Assembly (NCBI GenBank): GCA_051294375.1
Contig: CM119264.1
Span: forward strand, 25,422,051-25,486,050
Reading direction: 5' to 3'
DNA: 64,000 bases
Source: Paraspadella gotoi
Lineage: Eukaryota > Animalia > Chaetognatha
Shown: in pieces, positions 11,761-25,200 of the stretch
How the letters are laid out: each line of letters opens with the position of its first letter
How positions within the stretch are numbered: position 1 is the stretch's first letter
The notes under the pieces: generated by a model
Databases searched by the model: none
What the model was told of the DNA's origin: nothing
Seen by the model: only the letters and a program-made list of their open reading frames with translations
Program-made: the position numbers and the translations under genes

Positions 11761-14178
11761 CGGAATTAGAGAGAGAGAGGAGAGAGAGAGAGAGAGGAGA
11801 GAGGAGAGAGAGAGAGAGAAGCGAGAGAGAGAGAGAGAGACGAGAGAGAGAGAGAGACAGAGACAGAGAGAAAAGGAGAATATGGCGCCATGAAATAACC
11901 TTTACTGCTTCAACAATAATCCTTTTCCCCCTCGGCGGGAGTCTGTTTAAAAAAACTGGCTGAAATATATCCTTAGTAATTTATTTTATTAGCTGAAGAA
12001 AAGTTGAAATTAAAAAACAGAATGGACGGATGAATATGATTGTATGAATATCATATAATATATTTTTAACTTATAAGTGATATTAAGAGAGTAAACTTTT
12101 GAAAACGTTTAAGTTGATTTGTCGTCGCGACATTTAACTAATTATACGGTTAATGATTATTAGATTCCGTGAAGTTTTTTCTTATTAAATAACTTTTTTA
12201 ATGAAAAAAAAAAATTTTATTATTTTCTTTTCACCCTTTAAATTATAAATAAATAAAAAAATTCTCTATCTTTATCCCACTTCTTTTCGTTTACAGTCAT
12301 GTTTACACAATTTCAGCGATTCATATAACTGACTTTCTTTCTTCTTTTTACATAAACTAAAATTTTTTCCATCGACATGTTAAACAACATTCTAGACCAC
12401 TTCAAAATATCACAGCACACAAAACGCACCGCAGCTCTCCCAAACTTTTTTTTCTTTTTTTTTTCTTTGGACAACTAACCCTTTTTTTTTGCATTTTCCA
12501 TTTTTCTGTCGCCAAGTCGGCACCTTTCCTCCTTTCATTTCCTACAGACTTTCCCACATCGTCTCGCCCTTCACACCTTTAATTTCCTCCTATTTCCCCC
12601 CCCTTATCTTACTCTTTTTTCCCCTCACCTCCTTCACTCACTCATTCCTTCCTCCCTCCTCGAGGCTTAAGTGTTTTGAGAGGGTAAAATGACATTCTCC
12701 TGCTTCCCTGATTGGATCTGTCACTCTTTTCGTCTCTTCTTCCATCTTATATCCTTCGCTCGATGGGGCGCGAGACTGGGTGGGCGCGCTGCACAGGCGT
12801 CGGCCGCCAACGTCGGTCCGGCTCGTCACCGCTGTCGAACCAGAGTCGGGCGCGCCATGGCCAGGGGCGCCTGCGTCGGGCTGCGTCTGCTGCGGCGGGC
12901 TGCACCCGCATGCGGACGGTCGTTTCCGATCAAAAGTGCGCTAAAAAAAATTTAAATTCACTTCTCTTCGAGGGGGAAAAAAAAGTGAGAGGAATATTAG
13001 CGTCGACGGTTTTAACTCTGATCGCGAATCCGATGCGAGAAGGAAAAAAAAAAGTCTATCAATCACTGACGCTTCACTGGGGTTCTTCTCTGGTGAGTTC
13101 ACTGATTCTCACTGGCTTTTTCTAGAGGGTTATCACTGATTTCTTTTGTTGATTCACGGATAAAACTTAGTTCTTCACTAACGATGCCTTACATTACGTA
13201 CGAATGAAGGCACAACTTATTGGAAAAATTATTTTGAAAAATCGATACTTGGCTTCTACGTGTTGTTTCCTTTTTAATACGTGACAATGTGACAGTTTGT
13301 AGTGGAATTTTCAACAGAGTTTCCGGTGTATTATGATTTCGGAAATACATTAGATTTTCTTTTGCATTAAGAAAGTCCACATAATAAAGGACTCTCGCTA
13401 ATCAAGTAAGTAATTACTTTTTTCTGCCGCATGTTCCGTGAGAACAAATGCATTTTTTAATAAAAAAGGTGAATGGCTCAAGCTGATTACGCGACGAACC
13501 TACGGAAAAATTAAATGTCTTCACCTGGAAATTGGGGAATAATGACATTCAACAAAAATGGCGCCCACGGATGACGACGACGACGATGACGATGAGCTCT
13601 GATACGTAGCACCACATCGTGGAAATCACTTCGACCAAGAAACGGTAGCGACAATGAGATGACGAACGAGAACGGCGGACGATCGAATGACGCGCAGAAC
13701 GGCGACGACGATTGACGACACGAGAACGGCGACGACGAATGACGGACGAATCATAATTTGATGAAAACCTTCGACCTCAGAGGATCATAGAACGTAATAA
13801 AGGAGACCTCACGCGGTCAATGCCCGGATGTGAATCGAACTATAAAAAGGAATTAGACAGTTAGAGCGATCGGACCGTAAAGTTTTCGTGAGAAGATTTT
13901 ATCGGAAACCAAAACAGCAGATATAATATATTAAAATATTAAATAAAGCTATAAATTTTATGTCTTTAATGGGTTTTTATAAGTGCCGAGCTTAGTCGTT
14001 AACCATGTTTCACCAAAATTAACTCAGATTTATACGCTGAGAACATAGGTAATTTAAACCTTTTCCCTTTCGCTCGAGCAATGACAACAACAACAAAAAC
14101 AGACAACCAAACGCTTCTCAAGGGACGACGTTTAATATGAACCCTTGATAGTTAATTCTCTTTCTTTCTTTCTTCTTT

Positions 14179-14215
<37 letters not shown>

Positions 14216-14759
14216 TTTCTTTCTTTCTTTCTTTATTTCATTCTTTTTTCTTTCTTTCTTCTTATCTTTCTTTCTTTCCCCTCTTTACTTTCTTTTTTCT
14301 TTTAACTAAAACCCCAGTCGATTAATCTTTTGTTTACCGATCAGGGAAGTGAAAACCTTGTTTAACTCTTTTTTTCCTTCCAGTTCCTGTTTATATCCAG
14401 ATTTTGTCGATGCAGTTTGGAATTTTGTTTATCTTTCATTTCCCGGTTTTTGGTTTTTTTTGTGTTTACCTTGGCGAGATTTCGATTTTCTACGAAACAT
14501 TAAATCGATGTTTGTTTACGTTCTATTCCCGCCAACCAAAATAAAAAGCGGACTTAGATTATTGCCGACGTATTTCGTCGCTTAGTTTCGCGTTTACCCG
14601 CTACGCCCTTCCGGTTTTCGCATTCACTTTCCTCTTTTCCCCCGATAAAAAATAATTTTTTCTGCATCTTTTTTGGCATGTTTGTGGGTTGCTACCCTGA
14701 TTTTTTTTGGGATATTTTTTGTCTTTTGCAATTTTTTTCCCTTTTTTGCTTCTTTCGCA

Positions 14760-16470
14760 ATGAACAAGGACGGCCATCTTTCTGCAGAAGTTCCTCAACT
14801 TGATCGTCACTGGTCATTGCGACTTTCTTGTTCGGCGATTGTGTTGCAGATCATCTCCATCGAAAAAGGTCGAGCCTTTCGACGAAACGAACGATTCCCG
14901 CGATGGCAAAGTTCGAATATGAACTTTTGACTACGACTGTGATGAAGGCGATGATTATTAAGAGAAACGAAACAATAACAAATATAATTTATCTTATTAG
15001 GCCTAGCGCGGTTACTTTCTGATCAATGTGTACATTTCCATTTTGTAACCCGACGGTCCCTTCAGTGAGAAACAGAAACGACACCTTCAACTCTTCGACT
15101 ACATAAACCCAAAGAAAAAAAGAGCAACTCTCTCCAACATCAGAATAAAGGGACTGAAAATTACCAGGCAACGATTGGCGATCGAAATATTCCGACTCAA
15201 AATTACACATCGCAAACGGACATTGAGCTTCAAAGCTGCTACGGGGGAATCCAAAGTTTTAGCCAATGACACAGTCGGAAAAGTCATCGCCCCAAATTCG
15301 GAAGAAAAGGCCAAAACGCCCCCGAAACTCCAAAGCCCAAACCGGAATCCAGCGGGAGCCGAGATCGATCCGGCGAAGATCTAGAGATTCTTAAACTTTT
15401 CGACGCAAACTTTCGTGGCGCCGATGATTTTTATCAACACCACCGAAGCCGCTGGAGGAGGACAGGAGGATTCTCCAACGGGGTCCTCGCCGGGAAGCGG
15501 AAGATAAAAGCGACGAGCGCCGAGGTATTTTGGTCAACGAGACCGACGCCGAAGGTGCGTTGACGACTTGGCTGACGATCGCTGACGATCCGCCTGCCGA
15601 CGGAAATGACCCGAACCGCCTGTCACCAAGAATGGAGACCCCCACGACGGAACCGCGAGTTGGACGAATCACAAAAAGCCGGGCTTTTGGGAATTCGATC
15701 CGAACAGCTATCGAGGCCCGTCCCGCCGGAGTGACTTTGGATGACATGAGGATCCTGGTTGGCGTGGTGAAGTGAGAAGTGATTAGGGAGAAGTGAGTTT
15801 GGAGAGGGAGAAGTGAAGAGGAAGAAGGAAGAGTGAGAAGGTGCGAGGGAGAACTAAAAAGGGAGAAGGACGACGGACGAGAAATTAATTCTACAAATAA
15901 AGTATATATATTTGAGATATTAAAATTTACGGGGATTGTGACTGGAAATTACGTCATTTTAGTCGAAGTTTACGGTATTGGTCAAAAAATGATCAATTAG
16001 GCTTTTTTTTTTCTACATCTAATAATAGAGTTTCGCCAAAATTATTTTTGACCATTCCCGTAACCCTTGACCCCATTCGACCTCTTTCAACGAGGCGCCC
16101 GAACGAGTCCGATCTTCGGAACTGATTCAAAATCGCTCTCGTCTTCAGATGGGCTGGCCCTCGACGCCATCCTGGATCCCGAAAGCGTCACTGACACCAT
16201 TCAGCGTCCTCGAGGACAGATCGACGTCGCGGACGACGACGCGTTATCACGACGAGACCCTTCACCATCACGAGGTGGAGGAAGAGAATGAAGAGGAAGA
16301 GGAGGCGGGCAACTTACTCGCTCAACTCGAAGGAAGAGGAGAATTGGAAAAATTCACGACAGACCGCGACCGCACACCTCCACCGAGACTGACGAAAAAC
16401 GAAAGCGAACAGGAGAGACAACCGGCGTTGGAGGATGGACGACGTGGAGGAGGAAAGAGCAGGAGACTAA
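14760..16470 (+). CDS. Type II membrane anchor and acidic stem exons (exons 1-3), copy 1, frameshifted; probably the 5' part of the GT10 fucosyltransferase
   Basis: Same exons as 23705-25200 with many indels; it supplies the exon-3 5' part (~16095 onward) that falls in a gap in copy 2. Confidence 0.55.
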
Positions 16471-17267
16471 GTCAGTCGCGCTTACCCTTTTCGTGCGAGG
16501 TTTTGAGGGATAAGCGGGGGCGGGTGGAGAGGAGGTGATGGGTGTAATAGGAGGGATGGGTGGGTAGAGGGGGCGTGGGGGGAGGGACAGAACACCCGAC
16601 GGAGTTAAGTGGATGAAAATCTGCTTTTTTTTTTCAGTCGGCAAGGTATTTCTGTCTGGTCCATCTCTCTATCGCGTTTACGTTTCGTGTATAATGATAA
16701 TTTAATTACTACTTTTGGAGAGACGTCAGACGTCATAACACTTGTGCATATGATTCATACCTGTGTAGCAACGTTGTATTCATATAGAAAATGCGCGGCG
16801 CACAAGAGAGTTCACTGCGGGCAACATCTAGAATTTGCTGGTTTTTCCTGTTCTGGCACGCCTTACCAAAACGTAACTGTGAAGAGCCCGTAAAAGCAAT
16901 GTATACATACTTTCGTCTGCAGTATTTACTTTGCTTATGTTCTTAAACTTGAGTCTGGAAAAGAGAAAGAGCAAGAGATAAAGACAGTGTTTGTCCGACG
17001 ACTTTCTTTTACCCAGAACTTTGATTCGCCGATAATGAATGAGCTCTAATGAGAGTGGATGTTATGGTAAACGAATGGTTTTTCAACTGGAGACCGCAAG
17101 TTTTTCGAGAATGAATTTTCACTGGATTTATCGCGTTTAACGAAAACGGAATTTTCCTAGAATTTATTTCGTTTTAAAGCGGGGAGCCTTTACGACAACG
17201 CTACTTAATTTTTTTTACTCGAGGGGAAATGCCACCTCCCAATTTGATCATTAGGTTCCCCTCGGGT

Positions 17268-17356
17268 TTTTAGTTGCCCGGGAAGTACTCGGTCGGTTCT
17301 GTCGTTCGGTTCCGTCTTGGTCGGTATATCTGTCTGTTGGTCCGTCCACTTATAAT
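17268..17356 (+). mobile_element. 5' end of a second HINE/Helitron-like element, truncated by the gap (start also seen at ~26004-26020)
   Basis: ttttagttgc... start followed by a degenerate (GGTC/GTCC/GTCT) microsatellite, the same layout as the element end at 8395-8594. Confidence 0.4.
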
Positions 17357-20300
17357 TAAAATGCANNNNNNNNNNNNNNNNNNNNNNNNNAGAGAGAGAG
17401 ATAAAAAAGCGGGAGAGAGAGGGAGAGGAAGAAAAAAAGGAGGAAAAAAGCAGATGTAAAGGTAGGAAAAGTGAAACCGATTCGGTAGCAGAAAAGAAGG
17501 AAGGAAAAAAGAGAAAGAAAAAGAAGAAAAGGAAAATTTAAGAGAAGGAAAAAAAATTTTGGTTTTCTTTCTTGAAAAATTCAAAATCCCAGTTTATTCT
17601 TCACCCTTGTCACCTTATTTTTTTTCTTCCGCGGGCGAAAACGAAGTTGAATAAGTGTAAGAAAGGGCGGGGTTAGACTTAGAGCGGTTTGGTTAGTTTG
17701 CATTTAATACTTGTTAGTGATATTTATATATTCATCCCTATACGTAAAAAATTTGTCTGGATCTGTTAGTCTCTTGTCAACTACGTAAATTTAACTTAAT
17801 TATAATGAAGATAGAATTAAAATTACAAACTGTCAAAAATAATTTTCTACTTTAATAATTTCAGTCCATTTCTTTTAAATCAGGAGAAATTCGAAAAATA
17901 TACATAAACTTTTTAAATTTTGAGACGCCTTAAAAAGTGATTTAAAAGAGGCAGGAGAAACTTCTGGTTGTAGAGATGGAAGGCCGTAGGGGAAAGGCGG
18001 ACTTGAGCCACGAAGGATAAAAAAAAGGATTTTCGCGCAGCAGAAAAAAAAATGAGGAAAAATCGTAAAAATGCAGAATTCAGGTGAAAGTCGAGTTTTG
18101 GCCTGAAAAAAAATGGAAGCAGTAAAGATCGAAAAAGGGAGGAGTCTGAGCAGACGAATGCTTCATAACAACGACAACTACAATAACAACAACTACGAAA
18201 ATAACAACAACAACGACCACAATGACAGCGACTGCCCCCACCCACAACCAAAACTTAAAGAACAAGAACAACAAGGACAATTACGCCGACAAGACCAACA
18301 TAGACAACACCCACAACTAGCTGAACAAGGACAACAACAGTTACAACGACAACTGAGGGGTCGTGCAAGCACGAAAGCGTAAAATAACCGTGAACGCTCC
18401 AAACCTTTTTTTGCACGTATTGCTCGGTGTCGAACCAGAATGACAGGCAATTTCGGTTGTTTTTGTTTGTCTCTGCTCGACCGACTAAACGTAAACAAAG
18501 CGTAAACAGAGCTGATTGCTTTTCATCCTTCTTTTTGCTTTTTTTTCTTTTTGCGCTTCTTGCGGAAAAAGAAAGAGGGAAAGAAGGAGAGAGGGGGAAA
18601 GGGTAATTGGAGGTTAAGATGGATAGAGAGAGAGGAGATGAGAGAGAGAGAGAGAGAGAAGAGAGAAGGAGAGGGAGAGAGAGAGAGAGAGAGATAGAGA
18701 AAGAGAGAGAGCGAATTGAAAAAAAATCGCAGAGGGTTTGGTTTTTTTTCTCTCTCGCTCCGTCGATTTTTGTTTGGTAGTCCGAGATTCTCTCTCTCTC
18801 TCTCTCTCTCCATCTCTCTCTCTCTCTCGTCTCTCATCTTCTCTCTCTGCTCTCTCGTCTTCTCTCTCTTTTCTCTCTTCTCTCTCTGCTCTCTTCTCTT
18901 TCTTCTTCTTTTCNNNNNNNNNNNNNNNNNNNNNNNNNNNNNNNNNNNNNNNNNNNNNNNNNNNNNNNNNNNNNNNNNNNNNNNNNNNNNNNNNNNNNNN
19001 NNNNNNNNNNNNNNNNNNNNNNNNNNNNNNNNNNNNNNNNNNNNNNNNNNNNNNNNNNNNNNNNNNNNNNNNNNNNNNNNNNNNNNTTGGTTTTTTTTTC
19101 TCGCTAAGATGAGCTTTTCAATTCTCGTGCGCTGGGTAGAAGGAATCCAAGCCGGCAAAATGAAATGGAAACTTGCTCGTGTTGTAAGCCCGAACATGAT
19201 TCAATGACGCATTAAAAAGATATAACTCTGTTTCAAGAGTTTGTTTTTAGATGTCGGTTGTCGAGAATAAAATAGTTCACCAAATGAGATGCATCGATTT
19301 ATTGAAATCAGAAAAGGGAATGAAATCAGGGAAAAAAAAAAGAAAAACTTTTATTTACCTTGTTAAGAAAACAATTCCTAACAGAGTTCCGAATTAAAAA
19401 GTTTTGTGACAGGCGTTCGAATAGAAGTATGGAAATTTCTAAAGAAAACGAAACGCAATTTTACGTTCTTTATTTAAAAAAAAAGAATTATTTTCGAACA
19501 TTTGAGCCATAAAAACATTTTATTTCACAAAGGGTTAAATGGTGAAATCTCAGCTCTCAACTCTCAACTCTCAACTCTCACATCATGTCTTTTTCTAAAG
19601 AGTTGAACGAGGTGCTCGGGTGCGAGATCCTATCGGCTCTTTCTGAAAACATCTCATCCATCGTCATTTTTTCTTTTTTGGACGAAGAGACGAAGGACGA
19701 ATTCCTTCCTTCATCATCCTTCACAATCGAGTCCAATCGAGTCGAACGCCTTTTTTATTCCCGCCAATTCTCGTCATGACCCCGGCGCGGCGCCGGCGCG
19801 GTGCCAACGCCGCCGCCTTTAGGAGAGAATACCCTCGAGACGACGCGAAAAGGGCGCGCTCGTGTTCGAAGGGCGCCGTCGATGAGCGCCCTCGAGTGGA
19901 ATTGTTGAGGACGAAAAAGAGGAGGAGGAGGAGGATGAGGAGGAAAGGGTGAGTTGGTCTTTCAGAACGAATGTGTCCGTTTTACGGTTCAAGGTGAAAC
20001 CATTCAACCCATTCCCTCTTCGCCGAAAGCCAAGTATTTTAGGCGATGCTATCCAAGCTTTTTGCTCGGCGAAATCGAATCGTCGCTCTCATTTTTATCT
20101 CATATTTTTTAATTAGGTTTATTTTTCGTAGTAGCTTCTTTTTAACTCATGTTAAGAGCAACATCTAATCCTCGCAAGATCATTTGACCATTTGGCCACA
20201 TCTTTCCTCAGAATCTTTGATTTTTTAAATTTTTTTCGTTATCTCTTTCATCCATTTACTGAGAGGCTCTTAGTGCGGCATTGAAGTTCCCCAGTTTCCC

Positions 20301-20716
20301 TCCCTCGAAGGCCATGTTCTCCTGCCCCCACCATGCCTTCACCTACCTCCTGCCCGCTCGGTTCTTCCCCCTGCCCTCTCTGTTCTTGCCTCCCACGCCG
20401 GTTCCGGTTCTTCCCTCCGCCCTTCTGTTGATCCCCTCCCCGCCCCGTTCGGTTCTTGTCCCCGTGGCCCTCTGTTGTGTTCTTATTCCCCCGCCCGTTC
20501 CGGTTCTCCCGCTCCTCTCTGTTCTTCCTCCCCGCCCGTTCCGGTTCTTCCCCCTGCCCTCTTTGTTCTTATTCCCGCCCGTTCCGGTCTTCCCCCGGCC
20601 CGGTTCACGTTTCGAGGTGCAAAAAGCGGACGAGGGCGAATCTTCTTTTACGGGCGCAATTTGAGTTATGGCAAAGACATTCGTGACTCACGCGAGGACG
20701 CTTTTTGAAAGCGAAT

Positions 20717-20785
<69 letters not shown>

Positions 20786-22606
20786 GAGAGAGAGAGAGAG
20801 ACAGAGACAAGAGAGAAAATGCGAAATTATGAGCGCCATGACAATAATCCTTTTACTGCTTCAACAATAATCCTTTCCCCCTCGGCGGAGGTCTGTTAAA
20901 AAAAACTGGCTGAAATATATCCTAGTAAATTTATTTTATTAGCTGAAGAAAAGTGAATTTAAAAACAGAATGGACGGATGAATATGATTGTTATGAATAT
21001 CATATAATATATTTTTTAACTTATAAGTGTATAAGAGAGTAACTTTGAAAGACGTTTAAGTTGATTTTGTCGTCGGACATTAATAATTATACGGTTAATG
21101 ATTATTAGCTATTCCGTGAAGTTTTTCTTCATAAATAACTTTTTTTAATGAAAAAAAAAAAATTTATATTTTTTTCTTTGTTCACCCTTAAATTAGAAAT
21201 AAATAAAAAAATTCTCTATCTTTATCCCACTTCTTTCGTTTACAGATCATCGTTTACCACATTTCAGCGATTCAATAACTGACTTTCTTTCTTCGTTTAC
21301 ATCAAACTAAAATTTTTTGCCATCGACATGTAACAACATTCTAGACCACTTCAAAATATCACAGCACACAACGCTACCGCAGCTCTCCCAAACTTTTTTT
21401 TTCTTTTTTTTTCTTTGACAGACTAACCCCCTTTTTTTGCATTTTCCCATTTTTTTCCTGTCGCCAAGTCGGCGACCTTTCCTCCTTTCATTTCCTTACC
21501 AAGACTTTCCACATCGTCTCGCCCCCACACCTTATTTTCCTCTATTTCCCCCCCCTTATCCTACTCTTCTCTTCCCCCTCACCTCCTTCACCTCACTCTT
21601 CCTTTCCTCCCCTCCCTCGAGGCTTAAGTTGTTTGAGAGTAAAATGACATTCTCCTGCTCCCTGATTGGATCTGTCACTTTTTTTTTTTCGTCTCTTCTT
21701 CCATCTTATATCCTTCGCTTCGATGGGCGCGAGACTGGGTGGCGGCGCTGCCCGGCGTCGCCGCCAACGTCGGCCGGCGTCGTCACCGCTGTCGAACCAG
21801 AGTCGGCGCGCCATCGGCCCAGGGGGCGGCCTCGTCGGGCTGCGTCGGGCTGCGGCGGGCTGCACCGCTGCGACGGTCGTTTCCGATCAACAGGGCGCTA
21901 ATAAAAAATTTAAAATTCACTTTCTCTTCGAGGGGAAAAAAGTGAGAGGAATATTAAGCGTCGACGGTTTTAACTTTCGCTGAATCGCGAATTCGATGCG
22001 AGAAGGAAAAAAAAAGTCTATCAATCACTGACGCTTCACTGGGTTCTTCTCTGGTGAGTTCACTGATTTCTCACTGGCTTTTTCTAGAGGGTTATCACTG
22101 ATTCTTTGTTGATTCACGGATTAAACTAAGGTTTCTTCACTAACGATGCCTTCACATACGTACGAATGAAAGGCAACTTATTGGAAAATTTTGGAAAATC
22201 GATATTGGCTTCATACGTGTTGTTTCCTTTTTTATCGTGACAATGTGACAAGTTTGTAGTGGAATTTTCAACAGAGTTCCGGTGTTATGATTTCGGAAAT
22301 ACATTAGATTTCTTTTGCATTAATGAAAGTCCAATAATAAAGGACTCTCGCTAATCAAGTGAGTACATTACTTTTTTTCTGCCGATGTTCCTGATGAGAA
22401 CAAATGATTTTTAATAAAAAGGTGAATGGCCTCAGCTGATTAACGCGACGAACCTACGGAAATTAAATGTCTTCACCTGGAAATTGGGAATAAGGACTTC
22501 AACAAAAATGGCGCCCACGATGACGACGACGACGATGACGATGACCTCTGATACGTAGCACAACATCGTGGAAAATCACTTCGACCAAGACGGTAGCGAC
22601 AATGAA

Positions 22607-22690
22607 GATGACGACGAGAACGGCGACGACGATGACGACGAGAACGGCGACGACGATGACGACGAGAACGGCGACGACGATGACGACGAA
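22607..22690 (+). repeat. 24-bp tandem repeat GATGACGACGAGAACGGCGACGAC x3.5 (DDDENGDD in frame); noisier copy at ~13659-13750
   Basis: Units at 22607, 22631 and 22655 read directly. Confidence 0.85.
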
Positions 22691-23105
22691 TATAATGATG
22701 AAAAAACCTTCGACCTCAGAGGATCATAGAACGTAATAAAAGGAGACCTCACGCGGTCAATGCCCGGATGTGAATCGAACTATAAAAAGGAGATTAGACA
22801 GTTAGAGCCGATCGACCGTAAAGTTTTGTGAGAGAATTTTATCGGAAACCAAAACAGCAGATATAATATATTAAAATATTAAATAAAGCTATAAATATAT
22901 TTTTATGTCTTTAATGGGTTTTTATAAGTGCCGAGCTTAGTCGTTAACCATGTTTCACAAAATTAACTCAGATTTATACGCTGAGAACATAGGTAATTTA
23001 ACCTTTTCCCTTTCGCCTCGAGCAATGACAACAACAACAAAAACAAGACAACCAAACGCTTCTCAAGGACGACGTTAATATGAACCCTTGATAGTTAATT
23101 CTTTT

Positions 23106-23181
<76 letters not shown>

Positions 23182-23704
23182 TATTTCATTCTTTTTTCTT
23201 TCTTTCTTTCTTTCTTTCTTTCTTTCCCCTCTTTACTTTCTTTTTCTTTTAACTAAAACCCCAAGGTCGATTATCTTTTGTTTACCGATCAGGGAAAAGT
23301 GAAAACCTTGTTTAACTCTTTTTTTCCTTCCAGTTCCTGTTTATATCCAGATTTTGTCGATGCAGTTTGGATTTTTGTTTATCTTTCATTTCCGGTTTTT
23401 TTGGTTTTTTTTTGTGTTTAACCTTGGCGAGATTTCGATTTTCTAGCGAAACATTAAATTCGATGTTTGTTTACGTTTCTATTCGCCGCAACCAAATAAA
23501 AAGCGGATAGATATTGCCGACGTATTTCCGTCGCTTAGTTTCGCGTTTTACCCGCTACGCCTTCCGTTTTCGCATTTCCTTTCCTCTTTCCCCCGAATTT
23601 TTTTGCATCTTTTTTGCATGTTTTTTGTGGGTTTGCTTCCCTGATTTTTTTTGGGAATATTTTTTTTTCTTTTGCATTTTTTTCCCTTTTTTGCTTCTTT
23701 CGCA

Positions 23705-25200
23705 ATGAACAAGCCGCCATCTTTCTGCAAGAAGTTCCTCAACTTGATCGTTCCACTGGTCATTGCGACTTTTCTTGCTTCGGCGATTGTGCTGCAGATC
23801 ATCTCCATCGAAAAAGGTCGAGCCTTTCGACGAAAGAACGATTCCCGCGATGGCAAAGGTTCGAATATGAAGTTTTGACGACGACTGTGATGAAGGCGAT
23901 GATTATTAAAGAGAAAACGATAACAATAACAATATAATTTATATTATTAGGCTTAGCGGGTTACTTTCTGATCAATTGTACATTTCCATTTTGTTAACCC
24001 GACGGTCCCTTCAGTGAAGATCAACAGAAACGACACCTTCAACTCTTCCGACTACATAAAACCCAAAGAAAAGAGCAACTCTTCCAACATCAGAATAAAG
24101 ACTGAAAATTACCAGGCAACGATTGGCGATCGAAATATTCCGACTCAAAATTACACATCGCAAACGGATGAGGCTTCAAAAGCTGCTACGGGGAATCCCA
24201 AAGTTTTAGCCAATGACACAGTTCGAAAAGTCATCGCCCAAATTCGGAAAGAAAAGGCCAAAAACGCCCCCGAAACTCCAAAGGCCCAACCGGATCCAGC
24301 CGGAGCCGAGATCGATCCCGGCGAAGATCTAGAGATCTTAAACTTTTCGAGCGAAACTTTCGTGGCGCCGATGATTTTTATCAACACCACCGAAGCCGTG
24401 GAGGAGGACAGGAGGATCCAACGAGTCCTCGCCGGGAGCCGGAAGATAAAAGCGGACGAGCTGCCGAGGTATTTGGTCAACGAGACCGACGCCGAGCTGG
24501 TTGACGACTTGGCTGACGATCCGGCTGACGATCCGCCTGCCGACGGAAATGACGAACCGCCTGTCAACCAGAATGGAGACCCCCACGACGGAACCGCCGA
24601 GTTGGACGAATCACAAAGCTTGGAATTCGATCCGAACAGCTTCGAGGCCGTCCCGCCGGAGTTGATCTTGGATGACATTGAGGATCCTAGGTTGGGGGTG
24701 GGTGAAGTGAGAAGTGATAGGTAGAAGTGAGATTGGAGAGAGAGAAGTGAAGAGGAAGAGGGAGAAGTGAGAAGGTGGAGGNNNNNNNNNNNNNNNNNNN
24801 NNNNNNNNNNNNNNNNNNNNNNNNNNNNNNNNNNNNNNNNNNNNNNNNNNNNNNNNNNNNNNNNNNNNNNNNNNNNNNNNNNNNNNNNNNNNNNNNNNNN
24901 NNNNNNNNNNNNNNNNNNNNNNNNNNNNNNNNNNNNNNNNNNNNNNNNNNNNNNNNNNNNNNNNNNNNNNNNNNNNNNNNNNNNNNNNNNCCGCGGACGA
25001 CGACGGTATCACGACGAGACCCTTCACCATCACGAGGAGGAAGAGGAAGAAGAGGAAGAGGAGGCGGGCAACTTACTCGCTCAACTCGAAGGAAGAGGAG
25101 AATTGGAAAACATTGAAGACGACGACTACCGGATGTGGAACGAGGAAGGAGGCCCCGTTGGAGGATGGGACGACGTGGAGGAGGAAGAGCAGGAGACTAA
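23705..25200 (+). CDS. Type II membrane anchor and acidic stem exons, copy 2: exon 1 23705-23858, exon 2 24015-24690, exon 3 (start in gap) to ~25200; probably the 5' part of the GT10 fucosyltransferase
   Basis: Exon 1 = MNKPPSFCKKFLNLIVPLVIATFLASAIVLQIISIEKGRAFRRKNDSRDGK (short basic tail plus one hydrophobic helix). A phase-1 GT..AG intron joins it in frame to the 236-aa ORF at 24014, which is acidic and rich in N-x-S/T sequons. Exon 3 contains poly-Glu. Confidence 0.65.

Noticed and set aside
13558-13568. TGGCGCCCA resembling a tRNA-Lys primer-binding site
   Set aside because: No LTR or gag/pol sequence nearby; the match is too short.
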